A stretch of 63,011 bases of DNA, filler included, from Octopus bimaculoides (lineage: Eukaryota), in assembly GCF_001194135.2 (NCBI RefSeq). It is 8 parts of 8 records of this genome, joined end to end, with 100 filler letters (N's around TTAATTAATTAA, not from the genome) between each part and the next. Parts side by side here need not be neighbours in the genome. Positions count along the whole stretch, not along the records: positions 22,092 to 27,688 come from NC_068999.1; positions 27,789 to 41,028 come from NC_068990.1; 6 more parts are not named here. One strand, 5' to 3'. How positions within the stretch are numbered: position 1 is the stretch's first letter; the number at the start of each line of letters is the position of its first letter. The position numbers and the translations under genes are program-made. Positions 24,861-37,861 of the stretch are shown one piece after another. Under the pieces are notes generated by a model that saw only the letters and a list, made by a program, of their open reading frames with translations, ran no database searches and had not been told where the DNA came from.

Positions 24861-25833
24861 TTCCAATAGCTTGAATGTCCTCGCAACAAAACCATTACAT
24901 CTTATAAAGTCTCTCTCCATCGAGACATCTACTCACTGAAGAATTTCAAAACAGAGAAATCATTTGAAATTATTGTCAGGTGTTTTGGATGAGCAATATA
25001 CTTGAATTTAGTGAGCATTGTCTTTCACTAATATTTTATTATATTGAATTTGACGCAGGTAAAGGAAAGTGAGAAGGATATTAAGTAAAGTGATATATCA
25101 GGGGTTCTAAGGACATGTAATTCACACCCATTTTATCATCTCATAACTGTTTACTGATTTAGGCGCAATGCCAGCAATTTTAGAGGGATAGATTTACACG
25201 AGGGCAGAAAGGCATAGTTGACATCGTATTAATATGAACTCAGAACGTAAGGACGTTTTTTTCTGCTGCTCCAGCAACGCTGCGACACCAATGAATTTCA
25301 TTATTTAACAATGACACAGATGTCTGAGAAAAACATTCTAATACATAACCTTACAAACTATATTTTTTCGATAATTTTCTGAAAGGTGAGGAGTAGGAGT
25401 GATTCTTCTCGACAGGATCTTGCATGATTTACGTATACTCAATATTATTTTTTAGAAGGCAATGACAGCCAATCTCTGGTGAAGTTAACCTACGTAAGAT
25501 ACAATCCTTCGCTACATGATCCCGAAGAAAACATTTTAGTATCACGCCAACCGTCTCTATTTTCTGTTCGCCTGTTATCGAAGACAGACACGAAATAAAT
25601 TGTAATCTTCGGAACCAAACATGTTTACGTAATGCTGTAGGCTCTTTCTTAACTTTCAATGTAAAATCTATTTTAAAATTATGAATAGAAAATGAAAATA
25701 TATTAGTTATTATTTTAGGAGATATGATCAGTTCTAGTGAATTTAGGCGACGGAAACTGAGTGGAAGCCCGTCGTATACATATACATAANNNNNNNNNNT
25801 ATATATATACAAATAAACACACAAACACGTACA

Positions 25834-26547
25834 CAGGGAGGGGTAGAGAGGATGGACGTTTTTGATATGGCTATTACGCAGCCCTAGAGGGAAGGACATA
25901 TGTCTGACAGGCACCATTCGGTCTGTGAGGTCTTAGCATCTTTCTTTTATTTTCAGGTGAAATCATGACGCCCTGGGCGGGAGAGCATCGCGTGTTTGCC
26001 AACGACAGTTACGTGAAGAATAACGAGTCTATCACACCAGGTCAGCGTGAGGTTCAGCGGTACTTCAATGTTCATCGAAATCAGGCTGTTTCCACACGTC
26101 ACACAATTTTACGTTGGATGACTGCATTTCATACACGAGGTACACTAATTAATGGGATACCATTGGGGGCACCACAAACGGTATCGACCCCGGGAAATTT
26201 GGAACGTATCAGACAAGCTTTGAAAATGAGTCCAAATCGATAATCGATCGGTAAGGCGTATTTAGCATGAAGAACTGCATTTCCACCTGTACAAATTTGT
26301 CATTGGGCAACAGTTGAGACAATGAGACTGTGCAAAGAGTAATGCTGGAGAGAGTGGAGGCCAACGTCCAAGAACGCCTTCAGAAATGAATCAATGAAAC
26401 GGACACCACATGATGGATGTTGTTTATCACACTGGAATTTGGCAAATGCTAAATCAATACGAACACGTTGATATCAATATCATTTGTTTGCAGCTAAAAT
26501 TTATGATTTTGGAAATTTTTCAAACATGTCCTCTCTGCTCCACCCTG
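25834..26547 (+). mobile_element. Non-autonomous Tc1/mariner element (DUF4817-type HTH), internally deleted
   Basis: Imperfect TIRs CAGGGAGGGGTAGAGAGGA / TCCTCTCTGCTCCACCCTG followed by TA; ORF MTPWAGEHRVF..TILRW..TPGNLERIRQAL joined to the C-terminal GHHMMDVVY. Confidence 0.85.
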
Positions 26548-26598
26548 TATATATATAAATATATATGTATGTATATAAATGTGTATGTATATGAGTAA

Positions 26599-26911
26599 AG
26601 GCGCATGGCTTAGTGGTTAGGGTATTCAGCTCATGATTTTAAGGTCAATGTCCAGCGACAATTAGTGTCCTTGAGCAAGACACTTTATTTCACGTTGCTC
26701 AGTCTACTCAGCTAGCAAAAAATGATTATTACCTGTATGTTAAGATGAGCCGACCTTGTCAGATTCTGGGTCACACTGAATTTCCCTATCTACTACGTTA
26801 ATGTTATGCGTTGTTTTCGAGTACTGAGCCACTTGCACGTTAATTTCACGAGCAGGCTGTTTCGTTGATTGGACCAACTGGAACCCCCCGTCGTCGTAAT
26901 CGACGGAGTAC
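26599..26911 (+). mobile_element. tRNA-derived SINE family D
   Basis: A-box TGGCTTAGTGG and CORE-like CCTTGAGCAAGACACTT. Confidence 0.85.
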
Positions 26912-27620
26912 TATTTATATGCATATGTGTATAGTTACGTGTGTATATGCGTGTCTTTGGGTCTACATTTGTTCCTCTCAAACAACAAGTGTTTATTTGT
27001 TTTTATTTCTCATAATTAAGCGGTTCGGAGAATCTGGTAACACACGCAAACTAACTACTGAGTTCTATTTGCTTGCCTATGAAAACTTGAAGCCTGTGCC
27101 CCGGCAAAGCTGTACCCTAATGAATGAAACATATAACAGGCGTAAGTTAGCATTGATGTTTGTCAACTAAATTGAAATTATGACACTTAACAAGAGGGGT
27201 GTTTCGGATCACAAGTACTAGCAAAGAAGACAAATAATAAACATTGTTTGCAAGATCCATGTGTAGGAGGACATATAATGAATTCATACTACTTTGGAGT
27301 CGTGGATTAATAGAGTCCGTAATGAGGGGAATATGTAGGCGAGCAGGGGATATTTTTGTGGGATTTTCATTCTTAAGGCTATGTTGAAGATTTTTTGGAT
27401 TTAAAAGATTTAAAGCTATTTAGTATAAACATGATGTCTATTTGGTTAAGAGATGACTGGCAGGTAGATTCTCAAATCCTTCTATAGAGTAGAAGATTTT
27501 CTTTGTCGTGCATATAGGATTTATTACAGATAATAATAATACTTTGTTATATAGGTACAATACGAATATACATTACTGCGTAACCACATACATACGTTGA
27601 CTGCTTTAGAGTGTACGTAT

Positions 27621-27654
<34 letters not shown>

Positions 27655-27732
27655 TTATATCTTTATATATATATATATATATATATATNNNNNNNNNNNN
27701 NNNNNNNNNNNNNNNNNNNNNNNNNNNNNNNN

Positions 27733-27744
27733 TTAATTAATTAA
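27733..27744. other. Synthetic scaffold linker
   Basis: 44N-TTAATTAATTAA-44N. Confidence 0.95.
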
Positions 27745-28029
27745 NNNNNNNNNNNNNNNNNNNNNNNNNNNNNNNNNNNNNNNNNNNNGTGAACTTTTTA
27801 ACCATCTGTTTTTCTCCTCTTCTGACTAAACCCTCTCCGTCCTTCCACCAAAAATCACTTATAGAAGTTCCAATGGAATGTTCTTCACCAATAAACCATC
27901 ACCTGAACCACTACCATCACTAACCCACCTTGCTCCATACCCACCCCACTGAGATCCATAACTATGCCTTTCTACCTCTACCTTTCTCTCTTCTCCCCTC
28001 TTTCGCTCACCCTTCCCCTCTCTCTTTCA

Positions 28030-28069
<40 letters not shown>

Positions 28070-28542
28070 TTTTTTTCTCATCTTGACTACAGCCCAGTAA
28101 ACAAATCAATAAAGATAGGAAGAACAGCAGGCAGGTAGGAAGGAAGGAATAGAGAGATGAAGATGAGAAGTGGGTGTACAACTTTCCTCAATCTCCCAAC
28201 AGCACCATCAAACCAGCCGACCAGCTGGCCAGCCGTACATTGGTACTTAAGAAGTCGTTGCTGATGTAAAAAGTGTCAGGTTTCAGTCTGTTCATTCTAA
28301 TTATGAAGATATAAGGTACTTTAAATGCTGGATATTAATATTATAATCTCTGTGATGTGTATTTTTAAGACATGAAGCAATTTATTTACAGTGATATCAT
28401 TTAAATAGACAGGAATATAGATACACCTCTTGTACAAAAGCTGTTGCTTACCACACATACACACACACACACACACACATACACACATACATAGACATGC
28501 AGACATATATGCATGTATCACACATATATAGGCACACGCACA

Positions 28543-28880
28543 TCATCATCATCATAGTTTAACGTCCGCTTTCCATGCTAGCATGGGTTGGATGATTTGA
28601 CTGGGGACTGGCGAACCAGATGGCTACACCACGCTCCAATCTGATTTGGCAGAGTCTCTACAGCCGGATGCCCTTACTAACGCCAACCACTCCGAGAGTG
28701 TAGTGGATGCTTTTACGTGCCACCGGCACAAAGGCCAGTCAGGAGGTACTGGCAGCGGCTACGCTCAAAATGGTGTATTTTACGTGCCACCTGCACAAGA
28801 GCCAGTCCAGCGACACTGGCAATGATCTCTCTTGAATGTCTTTTCACATGTCATCGGCACAAGTGCCAGGAAGGCAGCAC
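28543..28880 (-). mobile_element. SINE family E with RTE-like 3' end and (GAT)n tail
   Basis: Reverse complement ends CCAACCCATGCTAGCATGGAAAGCGGACGTTAAAC(TAT)GATGATG; second copy at 36790-37055. Confidence 0.8.
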
Positions 28881-29095
28881 GTGTGTGTATGTATCTATAT
28901 ATATTGATGTATATGTTATATGAATATATACACATATAGAAAAATTACCCCTCTTTTGTCGTGAATGCCTGTGAGATTGCATCTAGAAAGTTCCCCTCCA
29001 AGACACTATATATATATAGTGCACTGTTCCATTATTGGTGGGATCAACAAAAAAAGCACTCCATCCAGTGAAAGTTAAATATCATTTAATATATA

Positions 29096-29301
29096 CAGTA
29101 ATCCCTCGACTATCGCGGGTGTTATGTTTCAAAACCTTCCACAGAAATGATTAAAATCTAAAAAGATATAAATACCTGTCGGCCGCAGAAACCCGAGATA
29201 TATTGAGGAATCCGCGATATAAATTTACATATATTAGCCAGAAAAATCCACGATGTACTGAGTACATGATAGATGAGCCATGTTATGGTGAGGGATTACT
29301 G
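29096..29301. mobile_element. pogo/Tigger-type MITE
   Basis: TIRs CAGTAATCCCTC / GAGGGATTACTG with TA on both sides. Confidence 0.9.
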
Positions 29302-29529
29302 TACAGGATTTAAGCCTTGTATATATGTGGTGGTGGTGGTGGTGGTGGTACAAACAGGATAAATAGTACTCAATACATGGGCATATACTAATATTTTTGA
29401 TTGGCAAAATTTACAAGTAACTCAAGGGCTAAGAGTTTCATGTATGGCATTTATCAAACTATAAGCACCATGCATGAAATTGTTGGCTCTTGAGCTGCTT
29501 CTGTCAATTAGCAATTATAAAATAATTAG

Positions 29530-29995
29530 AAAGCATCTTGCTGGCAGGTTTGTTAGCATGCTGAACAAAAGACTTAATGACATTTCTTTGGTTTTTACAT
29601 TCCGAGTTCAATTCCTGTTGAGGTCAACTTTGCCTTTCATCCTTTTGGGGGTCGATTAAATAACTACCAGCCAAGTACTGGGAGCAATGTAATTTACTAG
29701 CCCCCTCCCCTCAAATTTCAAGCCTGTGCTTACAGCAGAAAGGATGATTATTATTATTTTTTTTTTTTTCTTTCTTTTTAAGGCAGTGAACTGGCAGAAT
29801 CATTAGCATGTCAGAGAAAATGCTTTGGCATTTCGTCTGTCTTCACATTCTGAGTTCAAATTCTGCTGAGGTTGACTTTGCCATTTGTCCTTTCAGGGTC
29901 GATAAAATAAATACCAATTGAATACTGGGTCAATATAATCAGCTAGTGTCCTCCCCCATAATTTCAGGCCTTGTGCTTATAGTAGAAAAGATTAT
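29530..29995 (+). mobile_element. Two tandem SINE family A copies
   Basis: Two cores separated by an ATT/T-rich tail. Confidence 0.85.
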
Positions 29996-30059
29996 CATGT
30001 ATTGAAACAAAATAGATGATTCATTTTCTTGTTACTTTAATGGATGGATTTAGAAGTGA

Positions 30060-30064
30060 ATGTG

Positions 30065-30100
<36 letters not shown>

Positions 30101-30241
30101 GAGACATATAGACTGACAGACAGACAAACAGACAGATACACAAACAAACAGAGAGACATATAAATTGATAGACAGGCAGCTAGAGAAATTGATAGATAGA
30201 TAGACAGACAGATAGATAGATAAATGGATAGACAGACAGAC

Positions 30242-30288
<47 letters not shown>

Positions 30289-30322
30289 CAGATAGACAGA
30301 TAGACAGATGGATGGATGGATG

Positions 30323-30364
<42 letters not shown>

Positions 30365-30483
30365 AAGACATACAGACAGGTAGACAGACAGACAGATAGA
30401 TAAACAGACAGACAGATCGAGAAATTGATAGATAGACAGACAGATAGATAGATGGATAGATGATAAATAGATAAATAGATAGA

Positions 30484-30515
<32 letters not shown>

Positions 30516-30635
30516 AAGACATACAGACAGATAGACAGACAGGTAGACAGACAGATAGATAAATAGACAGACAGACAGATAGACAGATCGAGAAATTGAT
30601 AGACAGACAGACAGATAGATAAAGAGAGAAAGAGA
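30060..30635. repeat. (AGAC)/(AGAT)n microsatellite
   Basis: Directly visible. Confidence 0.95.
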
Positions 30636-31591
30636 AAGGTATCGGTTACACATTATTAACTGCTAATCATAAATGGAAAAAAAACAAACAACAATACTAT
30701 CAAAACAAGAAGGAAATCTCCTAAAATTAATTCTTTCCTTTAGAGACATTTTTTGCCTATACTTTTACTTTCATTACTTTTCATATTTGATTCCGTACCA
30801 ATAGGATGTTGTCTAGATTACTTAATTTGATAAATGGTTGAGTTCCCTTCACTTATTCATAGACATATGGGTTTAGGTGTGGGTCTGTCTGTATGCATTT
30901 GTGTGTATGTGTTTTACTTGTATATATGTATGTATGGAGGTATGTGTGTATACAGGTATATATACATATATATAAACATGTTATGTGTGTGTGTGGATGT
31001 ATATGTATATGTGTGTTCCCTTACTGCTTGACAAACAGTGCTGGTTTGTTTACATTCCTATTAGAATAAGTATGTGACTTAAAATATGTGGTGCTATCAA
31101 CTAACCTTATGAGGCAGTGCTCAAGCATGGCCACAGTGCAATGGTTGAAGCAAACAAGAGCGTAAAAGCATATACATACACGTATATACAGCCATACACA
31201 TATACAACAATACATGCACGCTTACATGTGTGTGTGTGTGTGTGTGAGTGTGTGGTGAATTGGCACAGTCATTAGAGGGCTGTGTAAAATGCCTCATGGC
31301 ATTTATTCTGACTCTGTGCTCTGAGTTCAAATCTTAGTGAGGTCAACTTTGTCTTTCATCTGTTTTGTGTTGTTGATTGGCAGAACAGTTTGCTGAATGC
31401 TGGATGTCTTGTCTGCAATATCTGTTCTGGCTCTTTACATTCTAACAGCAACAAATTGTTTTAATTCCATGATTGATTTCTTCTTAACTAGCTTCTGTTG
31501 TTCCTGCTAGTGGTGCTATAATTCGATAATTTCATAAATAAATATTGACAACAACAAAGGAGGTATTTAATAATAGTAATAAATATAAACA

Positions 31592-31631
<40 letters not shown>

Positions 31632-32159
31632 NNNNNNNNNNNNNNNNNNNNNNNNNNNNNNNNNNNNNNNNNNNNNNNNNNNNNNNNNNNNNNNNNNNNN
31701 NNNNNNNNNNNNNNNNNNNNNNNNNNNNNNNNNNNNNNNNNNNNNNNNNNNNNNNNNNNNNNNNNNNNNNNNNNNNNNNNNNNNNNNNNNNNNNNNNNNN
31801 NNNNNNNNNNNNNNNNNNNNNNNNNNNNNNNNNNNNNNNNNNNNNNNNNNNNNNNNNNNNNNNNNNNNNNNNNNNNNNNNNNNNNNNNNNNNNNNNNNNN
31901 NNNNNNNNNNNNNNNNNNNNNNNNNNNNNNNNNNNNNNNNNNNNNNNNNNNNNNNNNNNNNNNNNNNNNNNNNNNNNNNNNNNNNNNNNNNNNNNNNNNN
32001 NNNNNNNNNNNNNNNNNNNNNNNNNNNNNNNNNNNNNNNNNNNNNNNNNNNNNNNNNNNNNNNNNNNNNNNNNNNNNNNNNNNNNNNNNNNNNNNNNNNN
32101 NNNNNNNNNNNNNNNNNNNNNNNNNNNNNNNNNNNNNNNNNNNNNNNNNNNNNNNNNNN

Positions 32160-32245
32160 ACCTTCAGTTTTTCTAAGCCCTGTAAAAAAACTCGGAAGGT
32201 TGGGCCTCCAACCAGGCCTTAAAACCAAGAACTTTTCAGCACCCC

Positions 32246-32246
<1 letters not shown>
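32160..32246. mobile_element. Partial mariner-derived MITE
   Basis: Matches 45800-45900, including the TIR GAACTTTTCAGCACCCC. Confidence 0.8.
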
Positions 32247-32286
<40 letters not shown>

Positions 32287-32559
32287 TGTAGATGCTTTTT
32301 ATATTTTTATATAAAGACAAAAAGTAGAGAAGTATAAACACACATACACACTCACACATGCTATATATTGAACAAATGGAATAAAATGCACTGAAATTCT
32401 TATGATAAAATATTTATTTCTTTTATGTTATGCACCGGTTTTCACCTTTTTAAAACATATTCATGATTTTGTAATTAATAATATTATTATAATTTAATGA
32501 TTTCATAACTAGCTGTTGTTAGTGATGTTGTAATTCTATAAATATATGTTGATAGTAAA

Positions 32560-34040
32560 AATCAAACTGAAACAGATATGTATTGTGAACCTACAAACTC
32601 GAAAGCAATATCTATGCTTTACCTCATCTCAGCTGTAACACTAGAATGAATATTTTTAATAATTGAATGAAAAGGAAAGGCACATATGTGATAGACAACT
32701 TCAAAAACTTAAAGATATACTCATGAATAGACATCGTTTACCATTTTTAACCAATGATGGGATACAATGAGACGAAACAGTTCATGTTCAGATACTAAGG
32801 CAAGTAAAAACAAAATAAAAGAATTGAATTGAAACAGCTGTCATGTTTCACACACAATCCCAATGTTTCAATGCTGAAAAAGGATGCCAGGATGAACTGG
32901 ATTCTAACAAACAGGCATGGCTGTGTGGTAAGGTGGCGAGCTGGCAGAAACGTTAGCACGCTGAGCGAAATGCTTTGCGGTATTTTGCCTGATGTTACGT
33001 TCTGAGTTCAAATTCCGCCAAGGTCAACTTTACCTTTCATCCTTTCGGGGGTCGATAAATTAAGTACCAGTTACGCACTGGGGTCGATGCAATCGACTTA
33101 ATTCCTTTGTCTGTCTTTGTTTGTCCCCTCTATGTTTAGCCCCTTGTGGGCAATAAAGAAATAAGAAGCCTGCTTCCCAACCACATGGTTCCTGGGTAAG
33201 TGTCTTTTGCTATAACCTCGGGCCAACCAAAGCCTTGTGAGTGGATTTAGTAGATGGAAACTGAAAGAAGCCTGTCGTATGTATGTATATATATGTGTGT
33301 GTGTGTGTGTATGTATGTGTATGTGTCTTTGTGTCTATATTTGTTCTCCCACCACTACTTGACAACTGGTGTTGGTGTGTTTACATCTCTGTAACTTAGT
33401 TGTTCAGCAAAAGAGATTGATAGAATAAATAGTAGAATTTTAAAAAATATAGTTATTGGGGTCAATTTGTTCAATTATAACCATTCAAGGCAGTGCCCCA
33501 GCATGGCCACAATCAAATGACTGAAACAAGTAAATGATAAAAGATAAAAGATACATATAAAAAGCTAAACATAATCACAATCATTAAGCAAAGTATAAAG
33601 AGAAGCTAAATTATATCTAACAACAGGAAACCAATGATCAAAAAGTGTTGGGTATCCAACGCCAGGATTTGTCTCTACTTGTTTGAGGTTCAGGATTCCA
33701 TTTAAACAAGGGCAATGCTTCAAAAATTAAGAATAATTTTAAGTGATGTCTGGAAACTTAATGCATGTAATAATTTGTTCAGGATGTGGAGGAAATTACA
33801 TAGGACAAACAGGAATGACCTGAAGAAAACAGATGACATTGCATAGCTAGCAAATTCAATTTCCCAGTTGCAAATATCTCTCAGTAAACATATAAATACA
33901 TGTATTGAGAAGCATTGACCAAATTTTAACATTTTTCTCTTTGTATTAATATAGTGATAGAATATCAGAACAACAAAGTTAAAAACTAATGATCACATTT
34001 ATTGAAAAATACAGACCACACTTAAATACACACTGTTAAC
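32560..34040 (+). mobile_element. Decayed Penelope-like element (RT C-terminal part and GIY-YIG), interrupted by SINEs
   Basis: TETDMYCEPTNSK..QKLKDIL..LRQVK..THNPN at 32560-32900; ICSGCGGNYIGQTG..FIEKYRPHLN at 33770-34030. Confidence 0.8.
32908..33545 (+). mobile_element. SINE family B containing a family A SINE (32933-33163)
   Basis: Head GGCTGTGTGGTAAG is split and resumes as TAAGAAGCCTGCTTCC after the insert. Confidence 0.88.
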
Positions 34041-34397
34041 TAATTTTGATTACAGTACCATTTAGCTGATAAACTTTAATTTTAATTACATTTGTTAATA
34101 TTATTAATTGAAGAAAATGAATATTCCACTTACTACCTCGCCTATAACCATTAATAATCATTTACAGCTTCTCTTGTAACTGTCAATATGCATTTATAAA
34201 ATTATAAAAACATCACTAACAGCAGTTAAGTATTAAAAGATGAAATTATTACAACATTAATTACAAAATCATGAAGCTGGGAGATTATATAAACATTACA
34301 CCTCATTTATAAGGATTTTTCATAAAGACTTTAGTATATCTTTTTCTATTTGCAGTGTAATTTACCACAAGGAGAATTTTTTTGATTTTTTCCACTC

Positions 34398-34438
<41 letters not shown>

Positions 34439-35304
34439 GGTGGGTGGAAAGTAACTAGGCATTAGAAACTGCTTATAGAATTTTTAGNNNNNNNNNNNNN
34501 NNNNNNNNNNNNNNNNNNNNNNNNNNNNNNNNNNNNNNNNNNNNNNNNNNNNNNNNNNNNNNNNNNNNNNNNNNNNNNNNNNNNNNNNNNNNNNNNNNNN
34601 NNNNNNNNNNNNNNNNNNNNNNNNNNNNNNNNNNNNNNNNNNNNNNNNNNNNNNNNNNNNNNNNNNNNNNNNNNNNNNNNNNNNNNNNNNNNNNNNNNNN
34701 NNNNNNNNNNNNNNNNNNNNNNNNNNNNNNNNNNNNNNNNNNNNNNNNNNNNNNNNNNNNNNNNNNNNNNNNNNNNNNNNNNNNNNNNNNNNNNNNNNNN
34801 NNNNNNNNNNNNNNNNNNNNNNNNNNNNNNNNNNNNNNNNNNNNNNNNNNNNNNNNNNNNNNNNNNNNNNNNNNNNNNNNNNNNNNNNNNNNNNNNNNNN
34901 NNNNNNNNNNNNNNNNNNNNNNNNNNNNNNNNNNNNNNNNNNNNNNNNNNNNNNNNNNNNNNNNNNNNNNNNNNNNNNNNNNNNNNNNNNNNNNNNNNNN
35001 NNNNNNNNNNNNNNNNNNNNNNNNNNNNNNNNNAAAATATATTATAAAATTATATATACATAAAAAAAAAATCTATACACATACAAACCACCATACACAC
35101 ACATATATGCATACATACATATATACATATATATACATGTACATATACATAAACAAACACACATATATACATACATACACACATATATGCATATATACAT
35201 ATATATACATATATACATATATATACATATATACACACACATACAAAACATCACACACACACACATACACACATATATACATATATACACATATACATAC
35301 ATAA

Positions 35305-35341
<37 letters not shown>

Positions 35342-35344
<3 letters not shown>

Positions 35345-35825
35345 GGTGGGTGGAAAGTAACTAGGCATTAGAAACTGCTTATAGAATTTTTAGCATCACC
35401 GAAGTCATGATGAAAACAATTTTTAAACAGACAACTCTAATGGGGATTCCTTATTTTCTTATTGTCTTATTTCTTATTTTCCAGATGGCCGGTCGTTTGA
35501 CTGTTCAGGAGCCAGTTAAGATAGCAGCATGCTATGAAGTGTGGAATTCCATTGTTTTGGTTCAGAGATGGTGGCATGCATGGAAAGGTAAGCATGCAAC
35601 ACTACGTCCGGAGACAATAGAAAGTTGTCATGCAAAGGTGATGACCACGGGCTCTGTGAACGATGCAAGAAGAAGTGGCCATCCAACCACATTCTGATCA
35701 GCGGAGAATGTGGCAACAGTGCAGGAAATGTTTAATCACAGCCTTTAAGAATCAACATGTCAAGCAGTGGACTAGCAAGACACAATACGTATGGTGTTGC
35801 ATAAAGAGTTGAATTTTCATCCACT
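35342..35825 (+). mobile_element. Tc1/mariner (DUF4817-type) 5' fragment
   Basis: TA-CAGGGTGGGTGGAAAGT end within (TA)n; MAGRLTVQEPVKIAACYE..TGSVNDARRSGHP..ENVATVQEMF; first ~50 bp duplicated at 34436-34487. Confidence 0.82.
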
Positions 35826-36789
35826 GTGTGAGGTTTTGTCTTGTACATCTCCTCTTTTGTGTAACCCTACGGGTAAATATCACATGCAATGAGATCTGGA
35901 CTTCTTGGAGTTTTGGACTTCTGGTTTTAGCTCCTGCATGTAATTAAATGCTGGCTGGTTTGTTGGTTGGTTTCTTCTGTCACACTTTACATTAAGTATA
36001 GAGAAGGGGAGAGATACAGAAAGAGTTGATATAAGAGGTATAGCATGAGTCTCATAACTTTCTGAAAAATCTAGTTTTTAATGAAATTTTGCAGAAAGAG
36101 GTGATTATGCTGATATATTTAGAAAAATAACTTATATTTATTGCAAATATGCAAATGAGAAATTGTTATTTGATTTTATTTTAAGGAAATATTTTTCTTA
36201 TGAAAGTTAGTATTTATTTCATAATTTTGCTTCAGCACCAAGAAGTTTGATAAAAGTTCAATTATGATTATTACTGTATGTATGCCATATTTCCTGATAT
36301 TACCCTGGGTGGCAATTGTGTACTTTCAGAGTTACCTGTCACATGACAGGTTAACACTCGTGTGTGTGTGTATGTGTGCGTGTGTTGTGTATTCACCTTT
36401 TTGCCATTGGCAAAGCTCCCTGCTACTCAAGGAATCTATTATAAGACAAACTTGTTTTTCTTGTAGATAACTCAACTATCTGGTTTCAGTGACTTAATTG
36501 AGCCGGTGTGTCATAATAAATGAAGTCATAACAAATATTTCATTTCTGTCTCCCACCACCCTTCTTCTCCTTCATAGTCGTCTTGTATCTCTTTCTCTTT
36601 TCATCTTTCATATTTCGTGGAGGGGGGTGGAGGATTCTTATCTCATTTACTTTTTGTTTTTGTTTTTCAGCTCTCTTCTATCACTACCCCACCACCACCA
36701 CCACCACCTCTAGATTTCATTTGTTTTCTCTTACTTTCTCTCTTTTATTTTCCCAACAACATTTTCCCCTCTTTCTTTTGCATATATAT

Positions 36790-37055
36790 ATCATCATCAT
36801 TTAACATCCATTGTCCATGCTGGCATGGGTCGGACGGTTTGACTGGGCTGGCACACTGGAAGGCTGCACCAGACTCCAGTCTGATTTAGCATGGTTTTCT
36901 ATGGCTGGATGCCCTTCCTAATGCCAACCACTCCAAGAGTGTAATGGGTGCTTTGACATGCCACCGGCACGGGTGCCATTTGTGTGCCACCAGGGTGAGT
37001 TTATGTGCCACCGGCACAGGTGCCAATTTGCATGACACCAGTATCTGCCATGACT
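36790..37055 (-). mobile_element. SINE family E
   Basis: Matches 28543-28880; repeated TGCCACCGGCAC. Confidence 0.8.
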
Positions 37056-37359
37056 GCAATTATGTTTTAACTTTATAGAGATCTTTGCCCAACTAATTAC
37101 TTCTAAACGTTTGATTTTGATTTCTTTGTAAACTCTGTTTGTATTTTGATTTCAGTTTCCACTTCAATGGTGCCAACATTCACCATCCTCATTTAACAAC
37201 CACTTTTCCATGCTTTTATGGACCAGACAGAATTTGTTAAGGTAGTTTTCTGCAAGCAGATGCCCGTCCTGTTGCCAACCCTCACCTGTTTCTAAACAAG
37301 GAACAACCTCACTTGTTTGATGGTGATACTCATTTACAACCATCATATCATATTTAGAC

Positions 37360-37560
37360 ATGGGGACACACAAACGTATATACACACATATATATATCAA
37401 GGGCTTCTTTCAGTTGCCATCTATGAAATCCACTCACAAGGTTTTGTGTCCATTTAAGGCTATAGTAGAGAACACTTGTCCAAGGTGCTGTACAGCAGAA
37501 CTGAACCCAAGACCACATGGTTGGAAGCAAGCTTCTCAACCACACAACCATGTCTACTCT
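37360..37560 (-). mobile_element. SINE family B head
   Basis: Family consensus match. Confidence 0.85.
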
Positions 37561-37764
37561 TAATAATAGTCAGCTGAAAATTTATTTCAAATTTTAGCAG
37601 CCAATTCTTTGACTTCTTTCCTCACTTCATTTACTCTTTGATGTTTCTATTCCTCACCATAAATAGCCAACTCATAAAAGCAGATTCTACAAACACAGTG
37701 GTAGAATTGATCTTATTCTTGGCATTATTTCTTGGATAATGCCACACTTCTGATTTTGCCACAG

Positions 37765-37861
37765 AAGTTAATCTTCCTGCATGAAGCAGATATCTGTTGG
37801 AAGTGTTTGGAAGATATTAGATATGAAATGGAAAAACATTTTGAACTATTAACAGAGTTCG
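37765..37861 (+). CDS. Candidate internal coding exon of an unidentified gene
   Basis: CTGATTTTGCCACAG acceptor and G|GTGAGG donor; 97 nt with only one open frame (KLIFLHEADICWKCLEDIRYEMEKHFELLTEF); not a repeat seen elsewhere in the window. Confidence 0.5.

Noticed and set aside
27150-27540. Possible old LINE 3' fragment on the minus strand (similar at 57130-57420)
   Set aside because: Similarity too weak to assign by eye
32830-32845. GAAACAGCTGTC hammerhead half-site
   Set aside because: No upstream CUGANGA; it lies within Penelope coding remnant
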